Shown here piece after piece: positions 9,042-18,554 of a stretch of DNA of 38,889 nt. The position numbers were made by a program, and so were the translations under genes. The stretch comes from a virus. Taxonomy: Duplodnaviria; Caudoviricetes. The stretch lies in the IMG/VR virus record IMGVR_UViG_3300046739_000165, positions 1-38,889 of that record; one strand, written 5' to 3'. Every line of letters starts with the position of its first letter. Within the stretch, counting starts at the first letter, position 1. The notes beneath the pieces are model-generated. The model was not told the origin of the DNA. It saw only the letters and a program-made list of their open reading frames with translations, and did not search any database.

Positions 9042-9922
9042 CAACGCTCGCCGATCTGTTGAAGCCGCAGTACACGCCCGGATTCGGAGCGGGGCCGGCG
9101 ACCGGGCTCGATCCGGCGATCGCATCGCAACTGTTTCAGTACGTCGGCAAAAGCGATGCCGATACGCAACTGCTCGATCCGAAGGTGAAGCAACAACTGA
9201 TCGACGCTGGCCTGCTGCAATCGATCACGGAAGGCGGCGCGGAAGGCGGCACGCCACAACAATTCTACGAACTCGGAGCGAATGCCCCGACGAATTTTTC
9301 CGGCCACATTTCGCACGTTGACTTAACTCCGGAAGCGCAGCGCCTTGTCAGCCCTACGCAAGCCGAAGGCATGGGGCAAAAGCTATTCAATCCGAATCTC
9401 GTAGCGCATGATTCGCTTTTCGGCGATCTGACGATGCAGGGCAACATCGATCCGAACGAATCGACGTTCAGCAAGATCGGTTGGAAGATTGCGCCAATGA
9501 TCCCGATGGCATTGGCGGCGATTATGTCGGGCGGCGCGCTCGCGCCATTGCTCGCATCCATGCCGGAAGCGGGCGGTGCGACAGCAGGCGCGATGATCGG
9601 CGGGCAAACACTGTCCGACATTGCGGGCGGCGCGATCGCGCAGGGCGGCGCGGCGACGGCGAGCGATCTTCTATCCGGCCTGCCGTCGTGGATTTCAAGT
9701 CAAGTGCCGGGCGCAGTAAGGGGCGGCATATCATCGCTCCCGGGCAATGACGGCAAATTCAATCCGCTTGGCACGGCGCTGTCGATCGGCAGCGCGGGGC
9801 TCGGACAGCTTGGCGTGCCGTCGTGGATCACGCCGGCACTTATGGCGGCGATGCAGGCGAACAAAAATCCGGTCGGCGCTGGCGTTTCGCTTGCGCAACT
9901 ACTTGGGCGGGGAATGTCATGA
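9038..9922 (+). CDS. Putative internal virion/ejection protein
   Basis: ATGA coupling. G/A-rich with a hydrophobic segment (IAPMIPMALAAIMSGGALAPLLA), located after the tail genes. Confidence 0.65.
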   Translation: MTTLADLLKPQYTPGFGAGPATGLDPAIASQLFQYVGKSDADTQLLDPKVKQQLIDAGLLQSITEGGAEGGTPQQFYELGANAPTNFSGHISHVDLTPEAQRLVSPTQAEGMGQKLFNPNLVAHDSLFGDLTMQGNIDPNESTFSKIGWKIAPMIPMALAAIMSGGALAPLLASMPEAGGATAGAMIGGQTLSDIAGGAIAQGGAATASDLLSGLPSWISSQVPGAVRGGISSLPGNDGKFNPLGTALSIGSAGLGQLGVPSWITPALMAAMQANKNPVGAGVSLAQLLGRGMS

Positions 9923-10617
9923 GCAACGGCGACGACAGCGATCCTTTTGGCGGCGGCGTAGGTTTTCAGTACGGCGATGGCGGCGGTATGACGCTAGACC
10001 AGCAACTTGCCGCGCTCGGCTTTGATCCGTCAACGCTGAACGGCGATCCGAATGCGCTCAATCTGAATTTCCCGACGACGCAAACATCAGGCGTCGGCGG
10101 CGTCGGCGGCGGCGGGCTCAACGAATTGTTCAATACGGGCGGCGTCAACGGCGTTGGCAATCTGTCGGATGCGGAAGTTGGGGAACTGATGAAGCAAATG
10201 GGCATGACGGTCCCCGGTCCGGACGGCAGCGGCGGCGGCGCGGGCGGCGGGCTGGGCTCGATCCTGAAAGCGCTGGGGCTCGGCGGCGGCGCTGACGGCG
10301 GCATGAACTGGCCGCTGCTTATGTCGCTGCTCGCTGCTGGCGCTGGCGGCATCATGAACAAAAACGCAACGTCGAAGGCGACCGATCAAATCCTGTCATC
10401 GATCAAGGATGCGAATACGCAAGTCGGAAACATTCTCGGCCCGGGCGGCGGCGCGCAGCAATCGTTGCAACCGTACCTTGCGGGCGGCGCTGCGGCGATG
10501 CAGGCCGCGCCCGGGATGATTTACAAGGCACCCGGCGCGCAGTTTAGCGGGCCGATGGATGCGCGCGTAAGTATTCCGCCGATTTCGCTTTCGGCGATTA
10601 TGAAAAGAGGTCGCTAA
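9919..10617 (+). CDS. Putative ejection/pilot protein (Gly-rich)
   Basis: ATG at 9919 overlaps the upstream stop. Gly-rich, with hydrophobic WPLLMSLLAAGAGG and QQSLQPYLAGG motifs as in gp7-like pilot proteins. Confidence 0.65.
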   Translation: MSNGDDSDPFGGGVGFQYGDGGGMTLDQQLAALGFDPSTLNGDPNALNLNFPTTQTSGVGGVGGGGLNELFNTGGVNGVGNLSDAEVGELMKQMGMTVPGPDGSGGGAGGGLGSILKALGLGGGADGGMNWPLLMSLLAAGAGGIMNKNATSKATDQILSSIKDANTQVGNILGPGGGAQQSLQPYLAGGAAAMQAAPGMIYKAPGAQFSGPMDARVSIPPISLSAIMKRGR

Positions 10618-10619
10618 TC

Positions 10620-12017
10620 ATGCCTGCACTCAATCAGATTTTGCGTCGGTATCCGTACCAAAACGGAGCCAATAATCCGAACACTGGCGGACTGCCGCAG
10701 TATGCGCCCCCGCCCGGCACTGTTCCGCAAGGGGCCGTACCAAGCGGAGTGACGCTGCCGCCGCCAAATACAACTAATCCGCCGCCCGGCTATCGCTACG
10801 CCGATCCCGGCATTCCAGCAGCGCCCGACAACATGGCGGCGTGGTTTGGCTCGATGGGCGGACCGCAATTCAATCCGCTCGCGCCGACAAATCATACATA
10901 CGCGGCGAATGATTGGCGCAACCCGCAAACTTTTCAGGGACTTCAAGCGGGCATGGCGGGCATGGACCCCGCGCAGAAATATCTCTATGCGATGGCGAAT
11001 CGAATTCCCGGCGCGAGCGCGGGCCTGACAGCGGGACAAATGGGCGTCGCGGAACAGGGATTGCACGGCTACACAATGGACCCGCGCACCGGGCAAGTTA
11101 CCGATATGAACGGTCAGCCGGTCGATCCAAGCCAACTGCTCAACATCATGAATACGAACATGGGCGGCACCGGGCAAATCGGATCGGAAGCTGATAGTCA
11201 ATGGCGACTCGGGCAAGCCGGAACTTACAACCCCGCGCAATTCAATCCGGTCGATCAGGGGTTGCCCGGCACGGCGGCGGATCGCCGGCAGGCCGCGATC
11301 GCCGCAGGCGGCGGACCGGGCACGAATCGCGGCGCATGGAATACCGGCGATTGGGGCGGCGGCGGGCAGGCGCAGCCGCAGCAGTTGGGCGGCATGGGGA
11401 ACAATCCGGCCTACGGCGACAGCATGATCGGCATGGGCGGCGGCGGGCAAGGCGGCTGGACGATCGGCCCCGACGGCATGATGACGCCAAATCCCGGGCA
11501 GCAGGCGAGCATGAATCCGTATGCCGTGCAAAATTATCTCGATCCATCGATGGCGTTTCAGATGCAGCAGGGATTGCGCGGGCTCGGATCGAGTGCATCG
11601 GCTGGCGGGCAGACGTACAGCGGGAACACGTTGAAGGATATTCTCGGGTACTCGCAAGGGCTCGCGTCAACCGATTACGGCAATGCCTATCAGCGCGCGA
11701 TGCAGGATCGGACCTTCGGCTACGGCGTGCAAAAAGACACGCAGACGATTCCATTCCAGCAGCAGATGCAACTGGCCGGGCTCGGGATGCAGGGCAACGT
11801 GATCAACGCGGACCTATCGAAGTCGCTCGCCGGCCTGCTGTCGGCGAACACGATCGCGGGCGGGCAGGCGGCGGGCGCGGGCACGATCGGCGGCAACAAT
11901 GCGCTGACGGGGATGCTGTCGCAAATCTTCGGCGGATTGCAGGGCAATCAGACGTTGCAGCAAATTCTGGCGCGTTATGCCCCGCAGGGTACGACGCCGG
12001 CAGCAACGACAGCGTAG
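10620..12017 (+). CDS. DNA transfer/ejection protein, P22 gp7-like domain
   Basis: DPSMAFQMQQGLRGLGSSASAGGQTYSGNTLKDILGYSQGLASTDY resembles the conserved gp7-type DNA transfer motif. G/Q/N-rich. Confidence 0.72.
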   Translation: MPALNQILRRYPYQNGANNPNTGGLPQYAPPPGTVPQGAVPSGVTLPPPNTTNPPPGYRYADPGIPAAPDNMAAWFGSMGGPQFNPLAPTNHTYAANDWRNPQTFQGLQAGMAGMDPAQKYLYAMANRIPGASAGLTAGQMGVAEQGLHGYTMDPRTGQVTDMNGQPVDPSQLLNIMNTNMGGTGQIGSEADSQWRLGQAGTYNPAQFNPVDQGLPGTAADRRQAAIAAGGGPGTNRGAWNTGDWGGGGQAQPQQLGGMGNNPAYGDSMIGMGGGGQGGWTIGPDGMMTPNPGQQASMNPYAVQNYLDPSMAFQMQQGLRGLGSSASAGGQTYSGNTLKDILGYSQGLASTDYGNAYQRAMQDRTFGYGVQKDTQTIPFQQQMQLAGLGMQGNVINADLSKSLAGLLSANTIAGGQAAGAGTIGGNNALTGMLSQIFGGLQGNQTLQQILARYAPQGTTPAATTA

Positions 12018-12026
12018 GATCAGACC

Positions 12027-13553
12027 ATGCCTGATTATTCTTTTCTGCTCGGCGCGAAGCCGGTCGATATCCCGAATCCGCTCGACGTTGCGGGCAAGGG
12101 CGCGACGCTCGCTGATCTGTTGCAGCGCGTGCAGGGCGGGCAATTCGCGTTGCAAAAGCAGCAGCAGATGGCCGCAGCGTATTCCGATCCTGCCGTGCTG
12201 GCCGCATTCTCGCAGATGGGACAAGGCGGCGCTGGCGCACCGGGCGGCGCTGGCGAATTCGATCTTTCGCCGTTCGCAAAATACAACGTCGCCGCGCCGG
12301 AATTGGTGCAGCAGGCGTTGAAAACGCGCAAGGAATTCGCCGACATTGCCAAGACGAAAGCCGATACCGCCGAAGCGCAGCGCAAGGTGCTTGATGCGCA
12401 GCTTGTGAACCTTGCCGATTGGTCGAACAAGGCGAAGGAAAACCCGACGCCGCAAACACTGATGGGATTCGCTCGGCAATTCAAGATGACAAATTTGCCC
12501 GAAGATTTTTTCGGCCAAATGCCCGATCCGGGAGATATGGAAGGCTGGAAAGCATATCTCGGTCAAGCGGGCTCGATCCTCACAAGCGAAACGCAGCGTC
12601 AGGAAATAGTTAAATCGCAGACGATGACGCCGCTTGAAGCGGCAGCGTCGCGTGCGGGCACGGCGAAAACGTGGGCCGAAGTCGGACAGATGCCCGCCGA
12701 ATTGCGCGTCAAGCAATCGCAAGCGGCGAGCGCAGCGATGCAGGCCGCGACGCATCAGGCCGATGTATTCGGGCCGAAGATTTCCATCAGCGAAGTAACC
12801 GGAATGCCGGTTGCGGAAAGGCGGTTTGGCCCGGGCGGTCCGTCGGTTACTCCGATCGCTGGCGGCACTGGCACAACGGACGAAACGCCGTCGCCGCCGC
12901 CGTCGCCGCAGATGAAACTGACGCCGACGCAGGCCGCAATGGTCAAGGCGCAGGGGCCGGTACTCGACGCATCAACCCAAGTCATCGGCCAAGCGCAGCG
13001 CATCCTGACGCTGGCGACTCCGCTCAAAGCGCTTATCGCAAGCGGATACAACGGGCCGCTTGCGGCGAGCCCGTTGGGCCGGCAATTTCTGGCGCAGGCA
13101 TCGGCGTCCGGACTTGTCTCGCAGGAAATGCAGGACAAATGGGCGAACAGCAAGGCGTCGGAAGTTTTCTCGCAGGATATGCTGGGCGCGATCATCAAGG
13201 AATTCGGCAACCGTGGCGGCGTCGCGATCGCGAGCGTTGCGGCACTCGGCAAGCCGGGGCTGGAAAACAATTTGCAGTCCCGCATGGCGATGGTAAACGC
13301 GATCGAGACGGACGCAACGAATTCGTTGAAGATGCACGCGGCGAAAATCAAATATATGCGCGATCATCCGGACGATCCGCTCGCGACCGACTTCAAGCCG
13401 CCGATGGCAGGGACAACGGCAATCGCAGGGAAAAAAACGCTCGGTGCAATTCCGACGCAGGCTGTTCAGTATTTGCGGGCGCATCCGGAAGCGCGGGCTG
13501 ACTTCGATGCCAAGTACGGAGACGGCGCGGCGACGGTGGTACTCGGGAAATAA
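12027..13553 (+). CDS. Ejection protein (gp20 position)
   Basis: AGGA RBS, 508-aa A/Q-rich helical ORF in the ejection cluster. Confidence 0.6.
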   Translation: MPDYSFLLGAKPVDIPNPLDVAGKGATLADLLQRVQGGQFALQKQQQMAAAYSDPAVLAAFSQMGQGGAGAPGGAGEFDLSPFAKYNVAAPELVQQALKTRKEFADIAKTKADTAEAQRKVLDAQLVNLADWSNKAKENPTPQTLMGFARQFKMTNLPEDFFGQMPDPGDMEGWKAYLGQAGSILTSETQRQEIVKSQTMTPLEAAASRAGTAKTWAEVGQMPAELRVKQSQAASAAMQAATHQADVFGPKISISEVTGMPVAERRFGPGGPSVTPIAGGTGTTDETPSPPPSPQMKLTPTQAAMVKAQGPVLDASTQVIGQAQRILTLATPLKALIASGYNGPLAASPLGRQFLAQASASGLVSQEMQDKWANSKASEVFSQDMLGAIIKEFGNRGGVAIASVAALGKPGLENNLQSRMAMVNAIETDATNSLKMHAAKIKYMRDHPDDPLATDFKPPMAGTTAIAGKKTLGAIPTQAVQYLRAHPEARADFDAKYGDGAATVVLGK

Positions 13554-13555
13554 AC

Positions 13556-15298
13556 ATGGCCGACAACGTATTCGATAAATTCGATGCGCCGGCTTTCAAC
13601 CCGGCGAAGGGCGGCGGCACGCTGCAATTCGGTCCGTTCGATACCGGCATTCAGACGTCAGAGGACGTTCAGAATTATCTGGCCGGCGCTGGAAAGTATT
13701 TCAGCGATACCGGCGTCGGCATCAAGCAGGCGTTGATCGATTATCTCGCGAAGGGCGAGACGCCGCCGCCGCCGACTCTGAGCGGCGTCGTGACGGGCAA
13801 GCAACCGAAGGGTTATTTTTCCGACTTGGCGGAAAAGTCGCGCGCCGAATTCGATGCGACCAAGGCACGCGACAAACCGCTGATGGATACGGGCGCGGGG
13901 CTCGCCGGCAATATCACGGCAGCGATCGCGCCGTCGTTCATGCTGCCCGCTGGCGGCGCAACGCTTATCCCGAAGCTGATCACGGCGGCAGCAGCAGGCG
14001 GCGCGCAGTCCGCCGTGCAGCCGGTAGGGACCGACGACAGCAGGGGACTCAATGCCGCCATTGGCGCGGCGCTGGGCGTCGGCGGGCAGTCGGCGGCGAG
14101 CCTTGTCGGCGCGATCGCGAACGGTGCGAAGAATGGCGCGGACGCTGCACGCGCAGCGGCGTACAAATGGGCGGCGGATAACGGCATCGATCTGACGCGC
14201 GGGCAAATGTCGGGCAACAAATTTACGATGCTGATCGAGAATGTCCTTTCGTCACTCCCGGGCTCGCGCGGATTCTATGCGCGTTCCGCGAAGCAGCAAC
14301 AGGAAGGGCTCGATCGCGTGATCGGCAAAATGACGATGGAGGGCGAATCCGGATCGGCGCTGCAACAGGCCGGCGCTGGCAGAACGTGGACAAGCGATCA
14401 GCCGTTCATTACCGAAATGCAGAATATGCCATCGCAATTCAACTTGCTCGCGGGCGGGCTCAAACCGAAGGGCGCGATCGCGACCGGCGCGGAGTATGCG
14501 GGCGGCAGCGCAGCGGCCCCGCCGCTGGTGGGCGGAAGGCCGGCGTCGCCGCAAATGCTGGCGGCGCTGCGAGCGCAGGGCGTGGAGATTCCGGGCGAGC
14601 AATCGCTGTTGCCGCTCGGTGCGACGATGCCGATGGTCGGACCCAAAGGGGACTTCAACAACTATCAGGCGATCCGATCGCAACTCGGCAAGCTGTCATT
14701 CGGTGCTGCCGAAGCGAGCCCCGAATCGGCAGGCTACAGCGCAATGAAGGATGCGTTTGATGCGGCGGCAGAGCGATCGATGGCGGCGCAGGGCGTTGAT
14801 CCAAAGCTGATGGACACGATTCGCGCATCGTACAAGACCGACAAGTTGCTGCGCCCGGCTGGAACGATCGGTGCGGAGGGTGACGTTACCTACAGCGCCG
14901 CGAAGGTTGCGACCGCGATCAACAAGGCCGCGCAGAAAAACAATCTGACGGGACTGCACGCCGACGATCTGCTGCAAGTCGCCAACTTCGCGCGCTCGAT
15001 CAGGCCGACGAACACAAGCCAAACAACGGAGCATGGTCTTGCAGCAAAGTTGGCGACGCTCGGACTGCTCGGAGAAATGGCCGGCGAAAGGGCGACGGGG
15101 CATGATGATCTAGTCCCGGGCTGGATGAAGATCGGGGCCGGCCTTGTCGCTGCGCCGTGGGCGGTCAACAAACTTGTGCAGGGTACGCGCGGCGGCGTGC
15201 CGTGGGCCCGCGATCTGCCGCCGCAAGTCGGTACGTCCCTGTCGCAATTGCTGCGCGGCATACTGCCAGCGCTCGCGATCGGCGAAAGCGGGCGATGA
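13556..15298 (+). CDS. Ejection protein (gp16 position)
   Basis: MADNVFDKFD start, AAAAGGAQSAVQP glycine-zipper segment and GIDLTRGQMSG motif typical of podovirus DNA-transfer proteins. Confidence 0.65.
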   Translation: MADNVFDKFDAPAFNPAKGGGTLQFGPFDTGIQTSEDVQNYLAGAGKYFSDTGVGIKQALIDYLAKGETPPPPTLSGVVTGKQPKGYFSDLAEKSRAEFDATKARDKPLMDTGAGLAGNITAAIAPSFMLPAGGATLIPKLITAAAAGGAQSAVQPVGTDDSRGLNAAIGAALGVGGQSAASLVGAIANGAKNGADAARAAAYKWAADNGIDLTRGQMSGNKFTMLIENVLSSLPGSRGFYARSAKQQQEGLDRVIGKMTMEGESGSALQQAGAGRTWTSDQPFITEMQNMPSQFNLLAGGLKPKGAIATGAEYAGGSAAAPPLVGGRPASPQMLAALRAQGVEIPGEQSLLPLGATMPMVGPKGDFNNYQAIRSQLGKLSFGAAEASPESAGYSAMKDAFDAAAERSMAAQGVDPKLMDTIRASYKTDKLLRPAGTIGAEGDVTYSAAKVATAINKAAQKNNLTGLHADDLLQVANFARSIRPTNTSQTTEHGLAAKLATLGLLGEMAGERATGHDDLVPGWMKIGAGLVAAPWAVNKLVQGTRGGVPWARDLPPQVGTSLSQLLRGILPALAIGESGR

Positions 15299-15441
15299 CG
15301 ACGGGCGTTGCGATCGCGATCGCGATTCGCCCCTTCGCATTGCTGGCGGGGCTCCCGCTGCTATGGCTCGCGAAGCGTGCTGTCTGGAATCGGATGCGGC
15401 CCGGCAGGATGCGCCGCATTCTGTTTACCGAATTGTGGTGA
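15295..15441 (+). CDS. Small membrane protein (48 aa)
   Basis: ATGA-coupled. MTTGVAIAIAIRPFALLAGLPLLWLAKR: hydrophobic N-half, basic C-half. Confidence 0.5.
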   Translation: MTTGVAIAIAIRPFALLAGLPLLWLAKRAVWNRMRPGRMRRILFTELW

Positions 15442-15452
15442 AGGGATAAACG

Positions 15453-17054
15453 ATGGTCGCAGCCGTAGGGTTTTACCCGCGATTCAAGTCCACGATTCCG
15501 GCGACCGGCCTGCCGAATGTCGGCGGCACCGTGCAATTTTTCGCGGCGGTAACGTCAACGCCGCTGCCGGTGTACAGCGATGCGACGTTGACCGTGCCGC
15601 TCGCGAATCCGCTCACGCTCGATGCGAACGGCGAAGCGCTGTTCTATACCGGCGTGGGCGTTGCGTACAAGGTAACGGTGCGCGATCCGGTTGGCACGCT
15701 GATCTGGACCGAAGATAACGTCATCTTCGGCGGCGGCAGCGGATCGAGCGTTGTCACGGCGGGCGGGGAATGGGTGCAGTTTTCCGGAACGCCGACGTTC
15801 ATCAACGCAACGTCATTCTCCGTCGTCGGCGATCAGACAGCGACGTTCACTGTCGGGCGCAGAACAAAGTCCACTGTCACGGCGGGCACGGCATACGGTA
15901 CGATTTCGTCTGCCGTATTCTCGCTCGGTAACACGGTCGTTACGCTGCTCAATGATGTTGGCAGCGCGCTCGATTCCGGGTTGTCCGTCGTGCAAGTCGG
16001 CGTACTCGATCCGGCGCATATCTCGATGCCGAATTACAGTACCGCGATCCGCAAGAATTTCCTGACGAATGGCGCGATGCTTATTTCGCAGCGATTCGGA
16101 AATGCCAATCCGCAAACGATCGCGGCAGCGCGTGCGTACCACGTTGACCGCTGGCAAGTGCAAAGCGGCGCGGGCGGCAGCGCGGTCGTGCAGCAAATCG
16201 GCACCGTCAATTTGCTGAACGGGTTTCCGTTCGCGTTGCGCGTGCAGCGCACGGCGGGCAATGCTGCGGTAACACCGATCCAGCTTGCGCAAAGTCTGGA
16301 AACCGTTGATAGCGTTGCGCTCAATGGCATCAATGCGCTGATATCGTTTTGGGCACTCGCTGGCGCAAACTACTCTGCCGCTGGCAGCGTCCTCAACGTG
16401 CAAGTCGTTACGGGTACGGGCGTCGATCAGAACGTGCTGGCCGGATATACCGGCGCGTTCGCCAACATCAACGCGAATATCGTACTCGGCCCAACGTGGC
16501 AAAAATTCCAGACTCCGATCTTCTCAATTCAGAGCGCAGGCGCGCAGGAACTAGGCGTTGTGTTCACGATGACGCCGGTTGGCGTCGCTGGCGTCAACGA
16601 TCTGTTTCAGATTACCGGCATTCAATTGGAGACTGCGCCGCTCGGCAGCGCAGCGGTCGCGGCGAGCGACTTCGATCATCGCCCGATCGCGGAAATGCTC
16701 GCGCGCTGCCAACGCTACTACGAAAAAAGTTTCAATCAAGCGCTCGTTCCGGCGCAAGGCGCAGCGGTGTCGGGCGCGTTCACGTTCCCGGCAACAAAGG
16801 CCGGGGCCGTGGCCGCTGTCGCGCCGTGGGTGCAGTTGCTTGTGGCGAAGCGCGGGCTCGCGACGTTCCCGATTTTCTACAATCCCGTCGCCGCCAACGC
16901 GCAAGTGCGAGACGTTACGGCGGGCGTGGATTGCACGGCTGTTGCGCTCGGCAACGGCAGCGAGCGCGGATTCTATTTCACCTTTACGGGCAACGCGGCG
17001 ACCGTTGTTGGGAACACGATGCAAGTGCAATGGTCCGTCGAGACTGAGTTGTAA
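15453..17054 (+). CDS. Tail fibre/spike with N-terminal virion-binding domain and C-terminal carbohydrate-binding-like domain
   Basis: N-terminal GG.VQFF...TSTP.PVYSD......NPL.LDANG motif. RKNFLTNG...SQR, VDRW, ITGIQLE and LARCQRYYEK motifs common in phage fibre lectin-like domains. Confidence 0.8.
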   Translation: MVAAVGFYPRFKSTIPATGLPNVGGTVQFFAAVTSTPLPVYSDATLTVPLANPLTLDANGEALFYTGVGVAYKVTVRDPVGTLIWTEDNVIFGGGSGSSVVTAGGEWVQFSGTPTFINATSFSVVGDQTATFTVGRRTKSTVTAGTAYGTISSAVFSLGNTVVTLLNDVGSALDSGLSVVQVGVLDPAHISMPNYSTAIRKNFLTNGAMLISQRFGNANPQTIAAARAYHVDRWQVQSGAGGSAVVQQIGTVNLLNGFPFALRVQRTAGNAAVTPIQLAQSLETVDSVALNGINALISFWALAGANYSAAGSVLNVQVVTGTGVDQNVLAGYTGAFANINANIVLGPTWQKFQTPIFSIQSAGAQELGVVFTMTPVGVAGVNDLFQITGIQLETAPLGSAAVAASDFDHRPIAEMLARCQRYYEKSFNQALVPAQGAAVSGAFTFPATKAGAVAAVAPWVQLLVAKRGLATFPIFYNPVAANAQVRDVTAGVDCTAVALGNGSERGFYFTFTGNAATVVGNTMQVQWSVETEL

Positions 17055-17094
17055 CGGGAGGTTTTTCAACCGCAGTACAACGAAAGGAAATTGT

Positions 17095-17460
17095 ATGCAA
17101 CCGTTTCTCGCAATGATTACGCCGCTCGCCGACTCCGTACCGCCCGAAGGCGGCGGATCGCCGCCGCACCCCGACGCGGGCCTGCCCCTGTTCCCATTCC
17201 ATCCGATCGTTGTCCCGCCCGGTGGCGCGTGGCCGAAACCGCCCGGTGGTATCAAGCCGCCCGAAGGCGGCGGCGAGCCCCCGCACCCGGATATCGGCCT
17301 GCCGCTGTTCCCGTTTCACCCGATCGTCGTACCCCCGGGCGGATCGTGGCCCGACGTTCCGGTAGTGCCAGAGCGCGAGCGCAAATTCGGCTATATCTGG
17401 CTCCCCGAAAGCGGATGGACGCTCGTATCGCTTGTGCCGATTCCGGCACCCAGCAAGTAG
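17095..17460 (+). CDS. Pro-rich protein with duplicated PHPD.GLPLFPFHPIVVPPGG.WP repeat (121 aa)
   Basis: GAAAGGAAA RBS, ATG at 17095. The internal repeat has mostly synonymous differences. Confidence 0.75.
   Translation: MQPFLAMITPLADSVPPEGGGSPPHPDAGLPLFPFHPIVVPPGGAWPKPPGGIKPPEGGGEPPHPDIGLPLFPFHPIVVPPGGSWPDVPVVPERERKFGYIWLPESGWTLVSLVPIPAPSK
17140..17352 (+). repeat. Two 96-bp direct repeats (17140-17235, 17257-17352), period 117 bp
   Basis: Encode PPEGGGSPPHPDAGLPLFPFHPIVVPPGGAWP and PPEGGGEPPHPDIGLPLFPFHPIVVPPGGSWP. Confidence 0.9.
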
Positions 17461-17492
17461 GCTGATTTTTTTCCGGGAAAAAAGGGGGAACG

Positions 17493-17933
17493 ATGGACTC
17501 CGAACCGCTGCTGCGATTGCTCTCGATGCTCACGCAAGGCGGGCGCGGACAGGCGACAGCCGGCCCCATTGCTCCCCCGACAGCCTTACCGCCCGACTAT
17601 GCCGCCCGGCAACTGATGGGCGCGGGGATGCTCGGCGCGCCCCTTGCGCAGCGTCAGGCGCAGCTTGCCGATCCGACGGCGATCGCAGCGGCCTTGCAGC
17701 AGGCGCAGGGCGCAGCGCCGGCAGGCGGAGCCCCGCAGGCTATCCCCGGGATGCCGCCGCCCGGGGGCTCGTTCTATCGGTCCGATGACCCTAGCACGAT
17801 GGACCCAACGCAACTGATGGCGTATATGCAGGCGCACGGCATCCAGAAACCGAAAAGCCAACTCGATCAGTTGATCGATTACCTTGCGAGCGCAACGAGC
17901 GCTGCCACGGCGAGCGCGAAGGGGAAGCAATGA
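17493..17933 (+). CDS. Hypothetical protein (146 aa, P/A/Q-rich)
   Basis: AGGGGGA RBS, ATG. Confidence 0.65.
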   Translation: MDSEPLLRLLSMLTQGGRGQATAGPIAPPTALPPDYAARQLMGAGMLGAPLAQRQAQLADPTAIAAALQQAQGAAPAGGAPQAIPGMPPPGGSFYRSDDPSTMDPTQLMAYMQAHGIQKPKSQLDQLIDYLASATSAATASAKGKQ

Positions 17934-18082
17934 AACTCAAGGACGATGTTGCGAAGCTGGAACAGAAAGCGCAGCCGGTGCGCGAATGGATCGCGCAGAA
18001 TCAAGTCGCGTTTTGGGCGGCGATCGCCGCCGTGATCGTCGTCGGCGTAGTTGCCTACGCGATGATGCGCGTTACGGCTTGA
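17930..18082 (+). CDS. Small single-TM membrane protein (50 aa)
   Basis: ATGA-coupled. MKLKDDVAKLEQKAQPVREWIAQNQVAFWAAIAAVIVVGVVAYAMMRVTA (below the ORF-track cut-off). Confidence 0.65.
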   Translation: MKLKDDVAKLEQKAQPVREWIAQNQVAFWAAIAAVIVVGVVAYAMMRVTA

Positions 18083-18257
18083 GTGCTTTCCCGAAAAATC
18101 CGGAAGGTGATCGTTGCAGCGTCGATCGCGATCGCGATCGGAGCGATGACAGCGCTTGTGCTGTTCGCGATCTATTTCGGGCCGTAGCGTAAGCGAGCAG
18201 GACGCAGCCAATCGGCACGGACCAAGCGAAGGCGATCAGCAGCGCGGCGATTCTCAC
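18072..18257 (-). CDS. Possible small membrane protein (61 aa)
   Basis: GTGA overlap with the upstream stop. MRIAALLIAFAWSVPIGCVLLAYA... It overlaps the + strand small ORFs convergently. Confidence 0.35.
   Translation of the reverse strand: MRIAALLIAFAWSVPIGCVLLAYATARNRSRTAQALSSLRSRSRSTLQRSPSGFFGKALKP
18083..18187 (+). CDS. Possible small single-TM protein (34 aa)
   Basis: GTG directly after the previous stop. MLSRKIRKVIVAASIAIAIGAMTALVLFAIYFGP. Confidence 0.45.
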   Translation: MLSRKIRKVIVAASIAIAIGAMTALVLFAIYFGP

Positions 18258-18406
18258 GTTGGCGGCATCCAAAGTTTGCGCTTCGGTTTGCTGTCCGGAT
18301 CGCGAAGTTGCAACCCCTTGACGATGCAAATCGCGGCACCGATGCCGGCGACAAGCGCCACGGCAAGCCAAGCGTACATCGCCACTGTCATATCAACGCT
18401 GCTCAT
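18254..18406 (-). CDS. Small single-TM protein (50 aa)
   Basis: ATGA-coupled. MSSVDMTVAMYAWLAVALVAGIGAAICIVKGL... Confidence 0.55.
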   Translation of the reverse strand: MSSVDMTVAMYAWLAVALVAGIGAAICIVKGLQLRDPDSKPKRKLWMPPT

Positions 18407-18552
18407 TTGCTGCGCTTGCGATTGAGACGATCGACGTAAGACCGCACCCGCTCCGCATCCAGCGGATGCACCCAAAACTGCCGCAGAACGTAGCCGCGTT
18501 CGCGCATCCTTTCGCGTTCGTCCTGCTTCCGTTCAGCGGCAGTCTTTGGCAT
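18403..18552 (-). CDS. Small basic DNA-binding protein (DUF3018/RHH-like)
   Basis: MPKTAAERKQDERERMRERGYVLRQFWVHP resembles the R..R.R.R..G.....WV pattern of DUF3018-like proteins. Confidence 0.6.
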   Translation of the reverse strand: MPKTAAERKQDERERMRERGYVLRQFWVHPLDAERVRSYVDRLNRKRSK

Positions 18553-18554
18553 TG

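Noticed and set aside
15310-15326. GCGATC tandem runs (also 18123-18140)
   Set aside because: Explained by Ala-Ile-Ala-Ile codons and the general CGATCG bias.
17140-17352. Direct repeat near the fibre gene considered as a DGR template/variable repeat
   Set aside because: Differences are mostly synonymous and not adenine-specific, both copies lie in one ORF, and no reverse transcriptase was found.
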